DNA of 64,000 bases from the IMG/VR virus record IMGVR_UViG_3300013212_000088, positions 128,001-192,000 of that record; one strand, written 5' to 3'. A program made the position numbers and the translations under genes. Of this stretch, positions 47,201 to 56,147 are shown one piece after another; within the stretch, counting starts at the first letter, position 1; every line of letters begins with the position of its first letter. The notes under the pieces were generated by a model, which saw nothing but the letters and a program-made list of their open reading frames with translations, had not been told where the DNA came from and searched no databases. This DNA comes from a virus (lineage: Duplodnaviria; Caudoviricetes).

Positions 47201-48505
47201 AGGAGCAACATTACCTTGTTGAGGTTGTTGTGGTTGTTGTTGTGGTTGTTGAGGTTGTTGTTGTAATTGCTGTTGGTTTAGAGGTTGTCGTTCTTGACCT
47301 CCTCCAGTGTCAATTCCATCATCAATCATGTCTTGCATTGTTGATTGAAGATCTGCCATTGATTTAGTAATTTTGCCTACGTGCACTAAATCAACATTGT
47401 CTTTACGTGCAAACATATTCATCACAGCTACTTCTAAAAAGTTAAGTGATAAATTGATAAGATCTAAAATATTTAAACCAGCCCTAGGGTCAATTCCCAA
47501 AGCTCCTAAAACTGCTTGGACTGTTGAGTTTTGGTTTGCCCCTTCTCCAGCCATCAATTGTCCGCCTACTAAAGTACCGGCAGATTGAGCTAATTTAATT
47601 GAAGTTCTAGCGGTATTTTCTGCTACTCTTAAACATTCTTCATATTCGTGTCTTACAGTTGGGTCTGATGGAGCGCCTTGTTGAGCAACCACAATATTTG
47701 CAATTAATTCAGAAGCTTTCTTTTCAGCATCAGTGGCAGCATTAAGAATATCGTCAACATCGTAGATTTCTTTAATTTCACAAGTATCAAAGGCACCATC
47801 ACCTACACAAGAAAGCTCAATGAATTTTAAATCATAGTTTTCTTCATAAATGGATTTACCTGAACCGTTTTCTTTTTTGCCTTTCCATTTTTTGAGACAA
47901 GAACAATATTCTTTTTCTGTGTATGCTTTATTTCCGCACTTAGAACATATTCCATAGGCAACCGAACAGCCCATTGATACATCATGAATTACACCAGTGC
48001 GGATATTTCTAGCAATATCAGGATAAGCTTCTTCATCTACGAAAAAAGTACAATAAACACAATTTTCAGATTCTTCCCATTCAGCATAAACGACCATGCC
48101 TTTAGCTTGCTCAATATCATCATTCTTATGGTTAGTGTAAATTGGTACACCTTCGAATGTTTTATAAGCTGGGATTTTCTCGCCCTTAACTTCAACTTCT
48201 TTTAATAATTCAGCTTTAGAAAAATAGTCTCCATTATGATTGACTGTATCTGCATCAATGGATCTAGCTCTTACCCAAAGAAGTTTAGCGTCCTTACGAG
48301 CTTTCATTTCTTTGACAATATCGAAATCTTTATATTTTTCTAAAACTTCTGAAGGATCTGCATACAAAGATTGCAAACCAATCTTAGCAGCCTCTCTCAT
48401 TTGTTTGGAAGCAGTTTTAAGCATATGTTCTCTTGCAGTATTTCTGTCATGTTCGGTGAGAAAACTATTAATTGTTATAGGCCCACCTATTGCTACTCTG
48501 TACAT
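44300..48505 (-). CDS. Giant prohead protease with long C-terminal extension and terminal zinc ribbons
   Basis: 'NHNGDYF', 'YTNH' (His), 'DVSMGC' (Ser), 'FIELSCV..GA' in the first ~260 aa; C-terminal CPVC/CNSC/CPKC/CHSC. Start moved to ATG 48505 (AGGAG SD). Confidence 0.75.
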   Translation of the reverse strand: MYRVAIGGPITINSFLTEHDRNTAREHMLKTASKQMREAAKIGLQSLYADPSEVLEKYKDFDIVKEMKARKDAKLLWVRARSIDADTVNHNGDYFSKAELLKEVEVKGEKIPAYKTFEGVPIYTNHKNDDIEQAKGMVVYAEWEESENCVYCTFFVDEEAYPDIARNIRTGVIHDVSMGCSVAYGICSKCGNKAYTEKEYCSCLKKWKGKKENGSGKSIYEENYDLKFIELSCVGDGAFDTCEIKEIYDVDDILNAATDAEKKASELIANIVVAQQGAPSDPTVRHEYEECLRVAENTARTSIKLAQSAGTLVGGQLMAGEGANQNSTVQAVLGALGIDPRAGLNILDLINLSLNFLEVAVMNMFARKDNVDLVHVGKITKSMADLQSTMQDMIDDGIDTGGGQERQPLNQQQLQQQPQQPQQQPQQPQQGNVAPANYMPAGNVGRMIEPALFTSGQQGVGGAVALASSSHNLVWASKDGRREVFASTSTQPKDSSFIKLTKGLIQFKEALSDNTSIASVTQNVIRVANERNKNIRNNTPHSLRAEGNNQMDHFAKIASEQRKKLAAAVTIDFKVEDGAGNRLVLSTDGSITGFTNGNRSNWEPILSEQQLSAMESGQGARVAADLLKDFVKTAIKAPHMDKDVKELELKGERKGVPYKTLADGVATMHADPNADKTREESLESLRKDNAEYGEEALTSAGLYGHKVNDADVKEALSELVAQANKGVSEEGLNERLECCRVEGSAPAHEVMVHTVEALGEAVVESYSTPSEVVEASTKLANEELLPEMIATASAGTSVRAKLASKADFFKSERVSTSPLTAVLASLGNKVSKTVTAGDLAEALRVAASEVDFTMESVTKLAELKMSNAKGSTSEAKAKVSKSEELRTALRGNVTGDALISKNDLKSVISAMAMSAEEAGATAEEVAEEVEEMDEEAMVAEVNKARTASATSARLKSRARREFWGERVASKTDLSTNVIGWLADYATNFNLSTKSIVTAAKKLVSDGELAEKLIVKAIETKQNAERTAAMQVTHETSDSIRFVCRTEDLDGLKPNDEGFEDAFRQKAMEVLQGNGFTVDPNTFSFTDLNVSAYGDITATVSSRTSKSFSAQSVSEVPMVGGEIGPEEEMGEPQVLMTEEARMARNERRSRILNRYAQMAAPGQGMGGGMAAPAAPDMGMNAGAFNGAGISAMTTDPMAADAPIGEDMDAMSEPGDKKPWGTVCPVCGSDDVDVAESKGSCNSCGSTYEIQMSLKLISDGTGGQGEKDEEPEADMGEMRGMGDLDPAAGAPVGGPMGAPAPAAPGAPAPGMPGLPATASVKGLFRLAATVDADVYLETAKEGFTRTASRRLPIGMVCPKCGNREANKVKDTSFCHSCGNISKTTVAQNKKNPSKLDVTITWID
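47212..47285 (-). repeat. Gln/Pro low-complexity repeat inside the protease gene
   Basis: (caa/cct) tract encoding QQQLQQQPQQPQQQPQQPQQG. Confidence 0.8.
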
Positions 48506-48570
48506 AAATAAATTTTTCTCCTGCAATTGTTTAATGCTGAAACAATTTTAGACATTTACTCTAATTTCTC

Positions 48571-48595
48571 TTCTCAGTTTTTCTCTAAAAATCCT
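48571..48595 (-). promoter_or_regulatory. Candidate phage late promoter AGG-N18-AGAA
   Basis: AGG atttttagagaaaaactg AGAA, just downstream of the portal terminator and upstream of the protease gene. Confidence 0.6.
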
Positions 48596-48606
48596 GTTCA
48601 AACAAT

Positions 48607-48634
48607 AAAACCTATCGAAATCGATAGGTTTTTT
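48607..48634. terminator. Intrinsic terminator after the portal gene
   Basis: aaaacctatcga-aa-tcgataggtttttt. Confidence 0.8.
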
Positions 48635-48652
48635 GTACACATTCAAGAAGAA

Positions 48653-51031
48653 TTAAATCTTTATTTCATCTGGATCTTGTGCTTGAGATTTTCCACTTTT
48701 CTTTCGTATTGCTTGCATAACAACATTCAATACATCTTGTGGATGATCATTTAATTCTTTATCTGTAAATCTCAACATAACCCATCCATTAGAAGCAAGT
48801 TCAATATCTCTTCTTTTATCTTTTGCAATTTTTTCAGGATTGTTATGCCAAATTTCGCCATCTGCTTCAACTCCAATCTTAAGTGTTGGAATTGCTGCAT
48901 CTAATTGATAATCCATAGTAGGACCGGCTGAATATTGGGCATACAATGGATACGGTAGGTTAATAGAAAGTAAAAGACCATAAAGCTTCTTTTCTATTGA
49001 AGTAAACATTTGAGTTGTTGGTTTTTCCATTTTCTTTGCAGCATATACATTTCTTGTATCTTCACTATTTGCAAAGCTGTATTGTTCATATTCTGCGGCA
49101 TAATTTAATGCTTTTGAATAAGGACCACCAAAAGGTAATGGACTTATAACACCACCAAAACCATCATAAGTTTCAGGTACAGATCCAAGCCTACCACGTC
49201 CAGAAACAGGTGATAAACTTCTAAGAAAGCCTTCATGCGCTGCTGATTTAAATCTTCTTCCAGCAACCCTTACATTAATCAAACTTGAATTACTTTCCAA
49301 GTTTTCATAGTAAAGTTCATTCATAATAGAAGAAGCTAGTCTATAGTTTTGAATTGAGTTATTAGCCATAGGCATACCTGGCATTCCACCACCCATGCCT
49401 CCCATACCACCAGGAGGAGGAGGTGTCATTCCCATACCAGGAGCACCCATACCCATGTCCCCTCCACCAGCAGCTCCGAATCCTTGTCCAGTTACATCAC
49501 CAGATTGAAAACCATTATTAGTATCTAAATTGCCAAATGCTGGGTTTTGAACAAAGTTAGACCCTTGTTCAAATCTAAGTCTTTCAATTTCTTGATCAGG
49601 GTCTAGTCCAAATTGCTCAATAAGAGTCATGTTTGAAATAACACCATTTGAGTTAGCAGTGACAAGCATCTGCAACTTACCAGTGTCATCTCTTAATTGA
49701 AGATCATCAAACTTAATTGTAGGAAAGATAATTTCTTCTTGTCCTCTAACGCCTTCAATTGTAAAACCATTCCATTCAGCAACAGGTTTGAATACACATT
49801 GTTCAACCCATCTTGCCACTTCTCTTCTAAATGTCTCTAATCTCTGAGCCATTGCAAGGAGACCAACTTGAGCATTGCCATATGTTGGACCTTCACCATT
49901 GAGGAGAGCTTTGTTGAGCATTACACCATCTAGGATTTCTTGATCAATTAATTCATATTCATTAGTTAACTGGAGTACCTTTCCAGAAGCGCCAACATAA
50001 TCAAAGTCAAAAGCATGGTGAGTAACTAATGTAAGGTTAGGGTCGTTAGCAATTGCAGCCAACTCATCTTGAACTGAATCGAGGTCTTCTTGTGACGCTG
50101 GTCTTTGATCATTTCCTACCTTTACAACTTTAACTGGAAGGATATGTCTTTCTGCAACAATCCATTGAGATTGTCTTAATTTATCTTTATATGCTAATGT
50201 TGGAAATAATGGTCTGATAAGTGGGGTACCATAATCTTCCCAAGGGTTTGATCCATGTTTGAAATGGTGAATAGAAATAGGAGATAGTGGAATAGGATCT
50301 CCTTTCAATATAAGTTTTTTTACATTGTCAGGAATAGCATCATAATATTCTCTTGGTTGTCTCTCATTTACAATTTTGATTTCTTCAGGAGATGGTCTGT
50401 AAGTGTACATTCCAGGCTGATCAATCATACTAGGGGATTTAAGAACACTATCAGGATTTAATAAACATACAGATTTCCATGTTGCTCCATCATGTTTACA
50501 AGCTTCATTCTTTTCTTCGTCCCAGTTAGATCCTTGGCAATGCTCACAATCCAATGAAAGAAGAACAAATGCATCTCCAAGTAAGTGATAAACCTTTGAG
50601 ATTTCAGGAAGCCATTTTTGAAAGTTAATTTTTTCGATTAACTTTTCAAAATAATCTTTTACATATGATGAAGAACATTCCAATTTCCAACCAGAGAAAG
50701 GATAATTGGAATAAAAGTTAATAGCTGCAGCAATTTTTGGCTCGTTGTTTCTCCACCAGTTTGCCCAAAGATAAACTTCACGTCTAGCATTTGGAATCGA
50801 AAAAGACGTAGGAGTTAAAAATGGAGAATAGAAGTTTGGTGCGGTGGTCATTGTATTATTACCACCGGACATTTGTGCAGTTTTAGAATTAACAGAAGGG
50901 CCTAATCCACTTGTAATTCTAGAATAAGCATATTGACCTGAATATTCTGCCGATGAAACTTTCTCTCCCGATACATTTTGTGCTGCTGTTTTTAAAACGT
51001 TTGCTAATGTAGGCGCATTCTTGGAAATCAT
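48653..51031 (-). CDS. Portal protein with C-terminal DUF559 (Vsr-like) endonuclease domain
   Basis: Portal pattern 'EPKIAAAINFYSNYPFS', 'VYHLLGDAF', 'YGTPLIRP', 'VVKVG'; C-term 'IEKKLY..QY..LDAAIP..IGVEADGEIWH..KDKRRD..L..GW..LRF'. Confidence 0.8.
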   Translation of the reverse strand: MISKNAPTLANVLKTAAQNVSGEKVSSAEYSGQYAYSRITSGLGPSVNSKTAQMSGGNNTMTTAPNFYSPFLTPTSFSIPNARREVYLWANWWRNNEPKIAAAINFYSNYPFSGWKLECSSSYVKDYFEKLIEKINFQKWLPEISKVYHLLGDAFVLLSLDCEHCQGSNWDEEKNEACKHDGATWKSVCLLNPDSVLKSPSMIDQPGMYTYRPSPEEIKIVNERQPREYYDAIPDNVKKLILKGDPIPLSPISIHHFKHGSNPWEDYGTPLIRPLFPTLAYKDKLRQSQWIVAERHILPVKVVKVGNDQRPASQEDLDSVQDELAAIANDPNLTLVTHHAFDFDYVGASGKVLQLTNEYELIDQEILDGVMLNKALLNGEGPTYGNAQVGLLAMAQRLETFRREVARWVEQCVFKPVAEWNGFTIEGVRGQEEIIFPTIKFDDLQLRDDTGKLQMLVTANSNGVISNMTLIEQFGLDPDQEIERLRFEQGSNFVQNPAFGNLDTNNGFQSGDVTGQGFGAAGGGDMGMGAPGMGMTPPPPGGMGGMGGGMPGMPMANNSIQNYRLASSIMNELYYENLESNSSLINVRVAGRRFKSAAHEGFLRSLSPVSGRGRLGSVPETYDGFGGVISPLPFGGPYSKALNYAAEYEQYSFANSEDTRNVYAAKKMEKPTTQMFTSIEKKLYGLLLSINLPYPLYAQYSAGPTMDYQLDAAIPTLKIGVEADGEIWHNNPEKIAKDKRRDIELASNGWVMLRFTDKELNDHPQDVLNVVMQAIRKKSGKSQAQDPDEIKI

Positions 51032-51063
51032 ATTTTATTTATACCCACATTGAGATTTTATTA

Positions 51064-51576
51064 TTATATAAGTGTTCTTGCTGAAGGCAAATCACCAGTA
51101 AAAAGAGGATTTGATTTTGAAGATGCAAAGAACGATGGTGAACCAATGCCTGTTTGAAGTATGTTGCCATTTCCAGCTTCAGAAGATTGTTTATTGATTG
51201 GATCTACATTGATAGCTGAATCTCTGGAAGCTTCTAAAGCAGTTTCAATAGTGATAAAAGCATCATGATAAGGTGATTTTAATCTATTTCTTTTTGAAGC
51301 TTCTTGGTCAACAACTTGATGAGGTCTTTTTATTAAAAGATCCCAAAGTTCTTTTTGCTGCTCCATAGACATTTCATAATATTCTTCTAAAGTTTGTCCC
51401 ATTTCTTCAAGAATTGTTAGTAAATCTTCATTTAATTCATCATAATTCTTGAATTCAGGAGAATCTTTTAATTTTTCTTGAGGTTCTTGTTCAATTTTTT
51501 GATTTGAAACAGGCAAAAGAGGAGTGGATTTTACAACCCCTCCTCCAAACTGTGCCTTTTTAATTCTGTACCACAT
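51064..51576 (-). CDS. Hypothetical head-region protein (MWYRIKKAQ N-terminus)
   Basis: 170 aa; TAATG-coupled. Confidence 0.6.
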   Translation of the reverse strand: MWYRIKKAQFGGGVVKSTPLLPVSNQKIEQEPQEKLKDSPEFKNYDELNEDLLTILEEMGQTLEEYYEMSMEQQKELWDLLIKRPHQVVDQEASKRNRLKSPYHDAFITIETALEASRDSAINVDPINKQSSEAGNGNILQTGIGSPSFFASSKSNPLFTGDLPSARTLI

Positions 51577-53144
51577 TAGTCTTCTTCTCTTGATTCTTCT
51601 AAAATATAATCTAATCCTAATTGTTTTGCAAAATCTTTCAAATCATCAGCAGAAAATTGGTGTCCCCAATTCTCTGAATCATCTTCAAGCATTTCTTCAA
51701 TTGTTTTATCTAATTTTTTGTTAGTTCTTTTATCTTCTAGCATAGAATCAAAAGACTTTTCATCCTTAGATGCAGTTTTATTTAAATGATCTGATAAACT
51801 TTTTTCGTCACCGTCACCAGCATCTTCATTAATTTCTTCAGATACATTTACAGGATTTTCTTTCATTTCATTAATTTTTTCAATAGTGGATTTATCTTCT
51901 TCGCCTTTTCTGTCGTAAAGTCCAGCATTGTCTTCTAAATTAACTTCAATCTTTTCATCTAAATTAACTTTTGTATTATATTTATCTACAAGAAGATCAA
52001 ATAAAGATTTCTTTTGCTCACCCTTGCGTGGTAATTGATCTTCTATAGTTTTAGAATGATCTGATTGAGCAGTTCTTTTATTAAGTTTCTTGTCATCAAC
52101 AGTGTGACCATAACCAACTGCAGGTAAATCAGCTAATTGTTTTTCCATGCTGTCATCTGTATTAGGTTTTTCTTTTCTGAGTTTGGCTGCTTTAAGATCA
52201 CTGTCTTCAAACATCTTTTCATAGCCAACTTCATCTTCATGAGTTTTTCTTTCGCCATCTTTGATATTTAATAAATTGGCTTCATTATCAGGATGTCTTG
52301 TTGTGTCTAATCTTCCCATAACAACATCATGGGATTGGAATGATTGTTTCATCCAAGCTTCATAATTACATCTAACATTTCCGTCAGCATCTAATCTTGA
52401 ATCAATACAATTCCATCTACACTTTGATGATTCCATTGGAACGGCAGAACCAAACTCTACCTTACCTTTAGGACACATTAAAATTGGTTCACCGTCTGTA
52501 GTTGCTAATGTAGTGTAAGCAACTCTGGTATTTCTTGGAGTTGAAATTGCATCATACATATTTTTAGCAATCTTTGATGCGTTAGCTATATGAGCATAAC
52601 CACCATTGCTTAGCATTTTATCAATTTCGACAAGGGCATCATATTCTTTAATATTTGCAACTTTCATCAATTTTTCAACTGTTGCAATAGATTCTGCTTG
52701 CCATAAACCAGTGGATTTCTTTGGTAAATTACTTGCAATTCTTTCCATTGTAAATGCATCGTTTTCATTACCTAATGCACAGTTAATGGAGGCAAATAAA
52801 TGTCTTAGTTCTTTTCTAATATAAGCATTTCTTGTTTCAGAAAGGGTGTTTGCTAAATGCTTCATAGCGTGATGCATATCTTCTGGTGATTGCATTCTGA
52901 AGATTTTGACAACATGCTTAGGACCGCCCATATTTAAAAGTTTTGCGCCTACTGGGTCTGAAGCATCAATATCACCATCTTCTAAATCATTGAATGGTGT
53001 TTCTGGCATAGAGTGCATAGGAGAGAGATTGCCCATAATTTTCTGGAGCATATCTAAAATCCCTGTACCCCCAATTAATTTTCCAACTGTTTTAGGGTTA
53101 TGTGATTGAAGTTTCATTTTTATTGTGTAATTTTTCTTTTCCAT
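51576..53144 (-). CDS. Hypothetical head-region protein with Cys cluster and (S/T)xExxL repeats
   Basis: CPKG..CRWNC..C; repeated 'SMEKQL/TIEDQL/TIEEML'. Confidence 0.6.
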   Translation of the reverse strand: MEKKNYTIKMKLQSHNPKTVGKLIGGTGILDMLQKIMGNLSPMHSMPETPFNDLEDGDIDASDPVGAKLLNMGGPKHVVKIFRMQSPEDMHHAMKHLANTLSETRNAYIRKELRHLFASINCALGNENDAFTMERIASNLPKKSTGLWQAESIATVEKLMKVANIKEYDALVEIDKMLSNGGYAHIANASKIAKNMYDAISTPRNTRVAYTTLATTDGEPILMCPKGKVEFGSAVPMESSKCRWNCIDSRLDADGNVRCNYEAWMKQSFQSHDVVMGRLDTTRHPDNEANLLNIKDGERKTHEDEVGYEKMFEDSDLKAAKLRKEKPNTDDSMEKQLADLPAVGYGHTVDDKKLNKRTAQSDHSKTIEDQLPRKGEQKKSLFDLLVDKYNTKVNLDEKIEVNLEDNAGLYDRKGEEDKSTIEKINEMKENPVNVSEEINEDAGDGDEKSLSDHLNKTASKDEKSFDSMLEDKRTNKKLDKTIEEMLEDDSENWGHQFSADDLKDFAKQLGLDYILEESREED

Positions 53145-53150
53145 TTTTCC

Positions 53151-54080
53151 TTACCCTAAATCTAAGTTTTTAAGATCCATTCCTCTATTTTTAAGTTCAG
53201 TTTTAACTTTAGCAAGCTCTTCTTTAGCGCCTTCTTTACTAGCTGCTTCTTTAAAATCACCTTGAGGAGTGTCTTTGTTATAAGCTAGCAAATCATCTAA
53301 ATAGTATGCTCTTGAAATTAATTCTGGTGTTGATCTCTTTCCAAAATCTGGTTTAGTATCATAATCGTAAGCTGCAACTTTGACATTTAATTCTTGGGAT
53401 GCTTTTTTTGGCTTTTCGTCCTTTTCATCCTTGGAGTCTTTTTTAATCTTCTTGTTGTAGTCTCTTACAATGTCAACAGCACGTTCAATTGTTTCACCAT
53501 TCCAGTATTTTTGCTTACTTAAATATCTAACAATGTCTTTCTTTTCAAGTCCATGATCCAAAAGCTTCCCTACTTTCCCCATTAAAACACGGAAAGGATT
53601 GCCTCTAGTTTTTTTCTTTTTCTTTAATTGTGCTTGTCTACTATTGAAAGCCATAATTGTGCTACCTACTTTTTCAGATTGCTGTGAATTAACATCTTTA
53701 ATATGATTTAACTTATGCTTCATTCTGCTGGCTAATTCTTGAGGGGTTGGGTCATATTTACCAGTTGAAGGATTCTTAGTTCTCTTCTTTGGATCGTTAG
53801 CATAATCAATTGAATTCATAAGCTGAGAAACCATCTTTCGATATTCTTCTCTTGTAATTTGAGGAAATATTTCTTCTAAATCAGTTTTGATATCATTTAT
53901 ATTTTGGCTATTTGAATTTTCAAACTTATCCAAAATTACAAGCATATCTTTAATAGAAATGCCTTCAGAACTTTCTGGATTTCCTTGAGAACCATCAGCT
54001 CCTACTACATTTAGATCAAGATTACTAATTCCCATTGCAGGGTTAGAAGCAAGACCAGATAAAGAATATTTCCTTTCCAT
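53151..54080 (-). CDS. Hypothetical head-region protein
   Basis: 309 aa; 'RGNPFRVLMGKVGKLLDHG'. Confidence 0.6.
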   Translation of the reverse strand: MERKYSLSGLASNPAMGISNLDLNVVGADGSQGNPESSEGISIKDMLVILDKFENSNSQNINDIKTDLEEIFPQITREEYRKMVSQLMNSIDYANDPKKRTKNPSTGKYDPTPQELASRMKHKLNHIKDVNSQQSEKVGSTIMAFNSRQAQLKKKKKTRGNPFRVLMGKVGKLLDHGLEKKDIVRYLSKQKYWNGETIERAVDIVRDYNKKIKKDSKDEKDEKPKKASQELNVKVAAYDYDTKPDFGKRSTPELISRAYYLDDLLAYNKDTPQGDFKEAASKEGAKEELAKVKTELKNRGMDLKNLDLG

Positions 54081-54081
54081 A

Positions 54082-54894
54082 TTAAATTTTGTCTATATCT
54101 AAATTGATACTCACATTATTGTAAATGTCATGAATTGTTTGAGCTCTATTTACTGCTCTATTTTCAAGATCTTCTGTATGACTCTTCTTTAATCCAAGTC
54201 TTTGCTCTCTTGATTTCTCGTGCATAGCAACTCTTTGTGTTTCTCTATTATCCAAAGCATCTGTGTCAACCATGCCAAATTGTGAACTATGTTGGCCTTC
54301 GTTAGCAGTTCTTAAGACAGAGTGTGCTCTGTTTGTTACGACACTAGATTTTCTAATTTGATTGAGTTGTCTTTCTTCCCATGAAGCATGCTTTGTAGCT
54401 TGTGCTTCTCTTCTTTGAGCATGATTAACCATAGCTTGTTGGCTTGTGCTTTCTTGGCTATTTAAAAACTCTTCGGAAAGGGCAATCATATCTGGGTTAA
54501 AAATAGAAGCGCTTTTGCTGAGCATTGCATTCATGTATTCATCTGCAGAGTAAGCCTGCAAACCTGATGTAATGGTTCTGGCGTTCATGCCTTCATCGTA
54601 ATCAGATCCTGCTCTTCTGATAGTATTAGTGCCAAAAAGATCTTCATTGTTGAAGTTGTATTTTGGTTCTTCGTATACAGATGGGCCTTGAATCTTTTCC
54701 CATGACTTTGTGAAGTTTTCTGCTGTTTTTTGATTACCAATTGTTTGCTTAGAAATCTTGATTCTATTTTCTGTAGAATTTTGCTTCAATTCAGCATATG
54801 GATCATCAAAAGCTTCATAACTAGCGCCAACGAATTTCTTTTCCATGTATGATGGAATGTTTTCTGTTTCTGAAACTTTTCTGAATTTGCTCAT
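54082..54894 (-). CDS. Hypothetical head-region protein
   Basis: 270 aa with AGGA SD. Confidence 0.6.
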   Translation of the reverse strand: MSKFRKVSETENIPSYMEKKFVGASYEAFDDPYAELKQNSTENRIKISKQTIGNQKTAENFTKSWEKIQGPSVYEEPKYNFNNEDLFGTNTIRRAGSDYDEGMNARTITSGLQAYSADEYMNAMLSKSASIFNPDMIALSEEFLNSQESTSQQAMVNHAQRREAQATKHASWEERQLNQIRKSSVVTNRAHSVLRTANEGQHSSQFGMVDTDALDNRETQRVAMHEKSREQRLGLKKSHTEDLENRAVNRAQTIHDIYNNVSINLDIDKI

Positions 54895-54923
54895 TTTTGC
54901 ATCCTATTCTTTCCCAAGTCTTA

Positions 54924-54947
54924 ATCCCAGAGCTTTCGCTCTGGGAT
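54924..54947 (-). promoter_or_regulatory. GNRA-capped hairpin between genes
   Basis: Minus strand atcccagagc-GAAA-gctctgggat, not followed by a U-tract. Confidence 0.55.
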
Positions 54948-54969
54948 ATTTTAAACTTGAGGATTTTAA

Positions 54970-56025
54970 TTAACTATTTTTAAATAACTCGTCTACCCAT
55001 TCTGGGTCGCCATAACCGAGCTCATTCTTCCAATAATCTTTGCATCTGTTAATATTTGCTGAATCTAATTCAGATTCTTTAATCATATTAGCTACAACTG
55101 TCTTCTTTACATTTGTATTCAAATTAGAAGCCATAACTTGCTTAATTTCTACAACAGCTGGCTTTTCTGCAACAGTGGTGTTAAGCATAGCTTCTACATA
55201 TTCAACTGGGAAGCCAGATGCAATTGCTTTAGCAGCAAATGCTTTCTTAGCGTTATTGTTGAGTTGTGATGCTTTTGCAAATGAATCATTTGTGTTTGCT
55301 GTCTTAACAGTCTTCTTTTGAGTGTCTGCAGCAGTCTTTACAAGATTCTCTCTGTAAGCTCTTCTTTGTGCAAGCTTAAGATCGTTTGCTTGTGCAGTTT
55401 TGATGTTAGTTTCAATTTGACTTGCTAATCTTAATCTTCTTTCATGTCTTGCAGCAAGAATTGTTTTTGCCAATCTTACATCACCATTTGCTACAGCAGC
55501 TTCTACTGCTTCTGCAGAAAGTTGAGAAGGATTTGTAAAAACGATTTTAGATGCAGTCTTCATTTTGGAAGCATATCCACAAGTACAAGGCATTTTGCTA
55601 CATTTGCATTGTTTTGCAGTCTTCATTTTGTCTGACTTTTCATCTTCATCATCTTCATCATCTTCATCATCTTCATCAGTGTCAACATCGAAATCTTCAT
55701 CTTCTTCAGATTCTTCGTCTTCATCTTCTTCAGACTCATCTTCGTCAGATTCTTTGTCATCTTCCTCCACTGAAGCCCACTTAGCCATGACCATTGCTTC
55801 ATCGTGGCCTTCATCAGAGCCTTCAGCAATGTTGTCAAAAGTGCTTTCATATTTCTCATGAAGTGCCTTCATAAGCTCATCTGGGACTTCCTTTTTGCCT
55901 TCGTCCTCACCTTCTTCCATAGCGGCAAGTCTTTGACCAAATGCATCCCAATTGATGCCCGTAAAAACAAGCTCAGAATCCAATCCAGATTCTTGATACT
56001 TGTTTGGGAAAATTCTATCTGCCAT
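54970..56025 (-). CDS. Acidic, scaffold-like head protein
   Basis: Long D/E tract, CKC..CTC and many KTA motifs; GAGGAG SD. Confidence 0.6.
   Translation of the reverse strand: MADRIFPNKYQESGLDSELVFTGINWDAFGQRLAAMEEGEDEGKKEVPDELMKALHEKYESTFDNIAEGSDEGHDEAMVMAKWASVEEDDKESDEDESEEDEDEESEEDEDFDVDTDEDDEDDEDDEDEKSDKMKTAKQCKCSKMPCTCGYASKMKTASKIVFTNPSQLSAEAVEAAVANGDVRLAKTILAARHERRLRLASQIETNIKTAQANDLKLAQRRAYRENLVKTAADTQKKTVKTANTNDSFAKASQLNNNAKKAFAAKAIASGFPVEYVEAMLNTTVAEKPAVVEIKQVMASNLNTNVKKTVVANMIKESELDSANINRCKDYWKNELGYGDPEWVDELFKNS
55636..55760 (-). repeat. Asp/Glu low-complexity (gatgaa)n tract
   Basis: Tandem tcttcatca units on the + strand encoding DEDDEDDEDDEDE. Confidence 0.8.
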
Positions 56026-56107
56026 TGTTTAATTTCTCCTCAAGTTCAATCCTTTTAATCTTTTTAAAGATTGTGATTAAGTAAGCAATTGATACTTAAT
56101 AAAAACC

Positions 56108-56132
56108 TTCTATAAAAAATACTTTTAACCCT
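56108..56132 (-). promoter_or_regulatory. Candidate phage late promoter AGG-N18-AGAA
   Basis: AGG gttaaaagtattttttat AGAA upstream of the 56025 gene. Confidence 0.6.
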
Positions 56133-56147
56133 GCTTTTTAGGCATTA

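Noticed and set aside
55551-55861. Alternative ORFs over the acidic tract (55551, 55565, 55623)
   Set aside because: Frame artefacts of the (gatgaa)n low-complexity region inside the 54970 gene.
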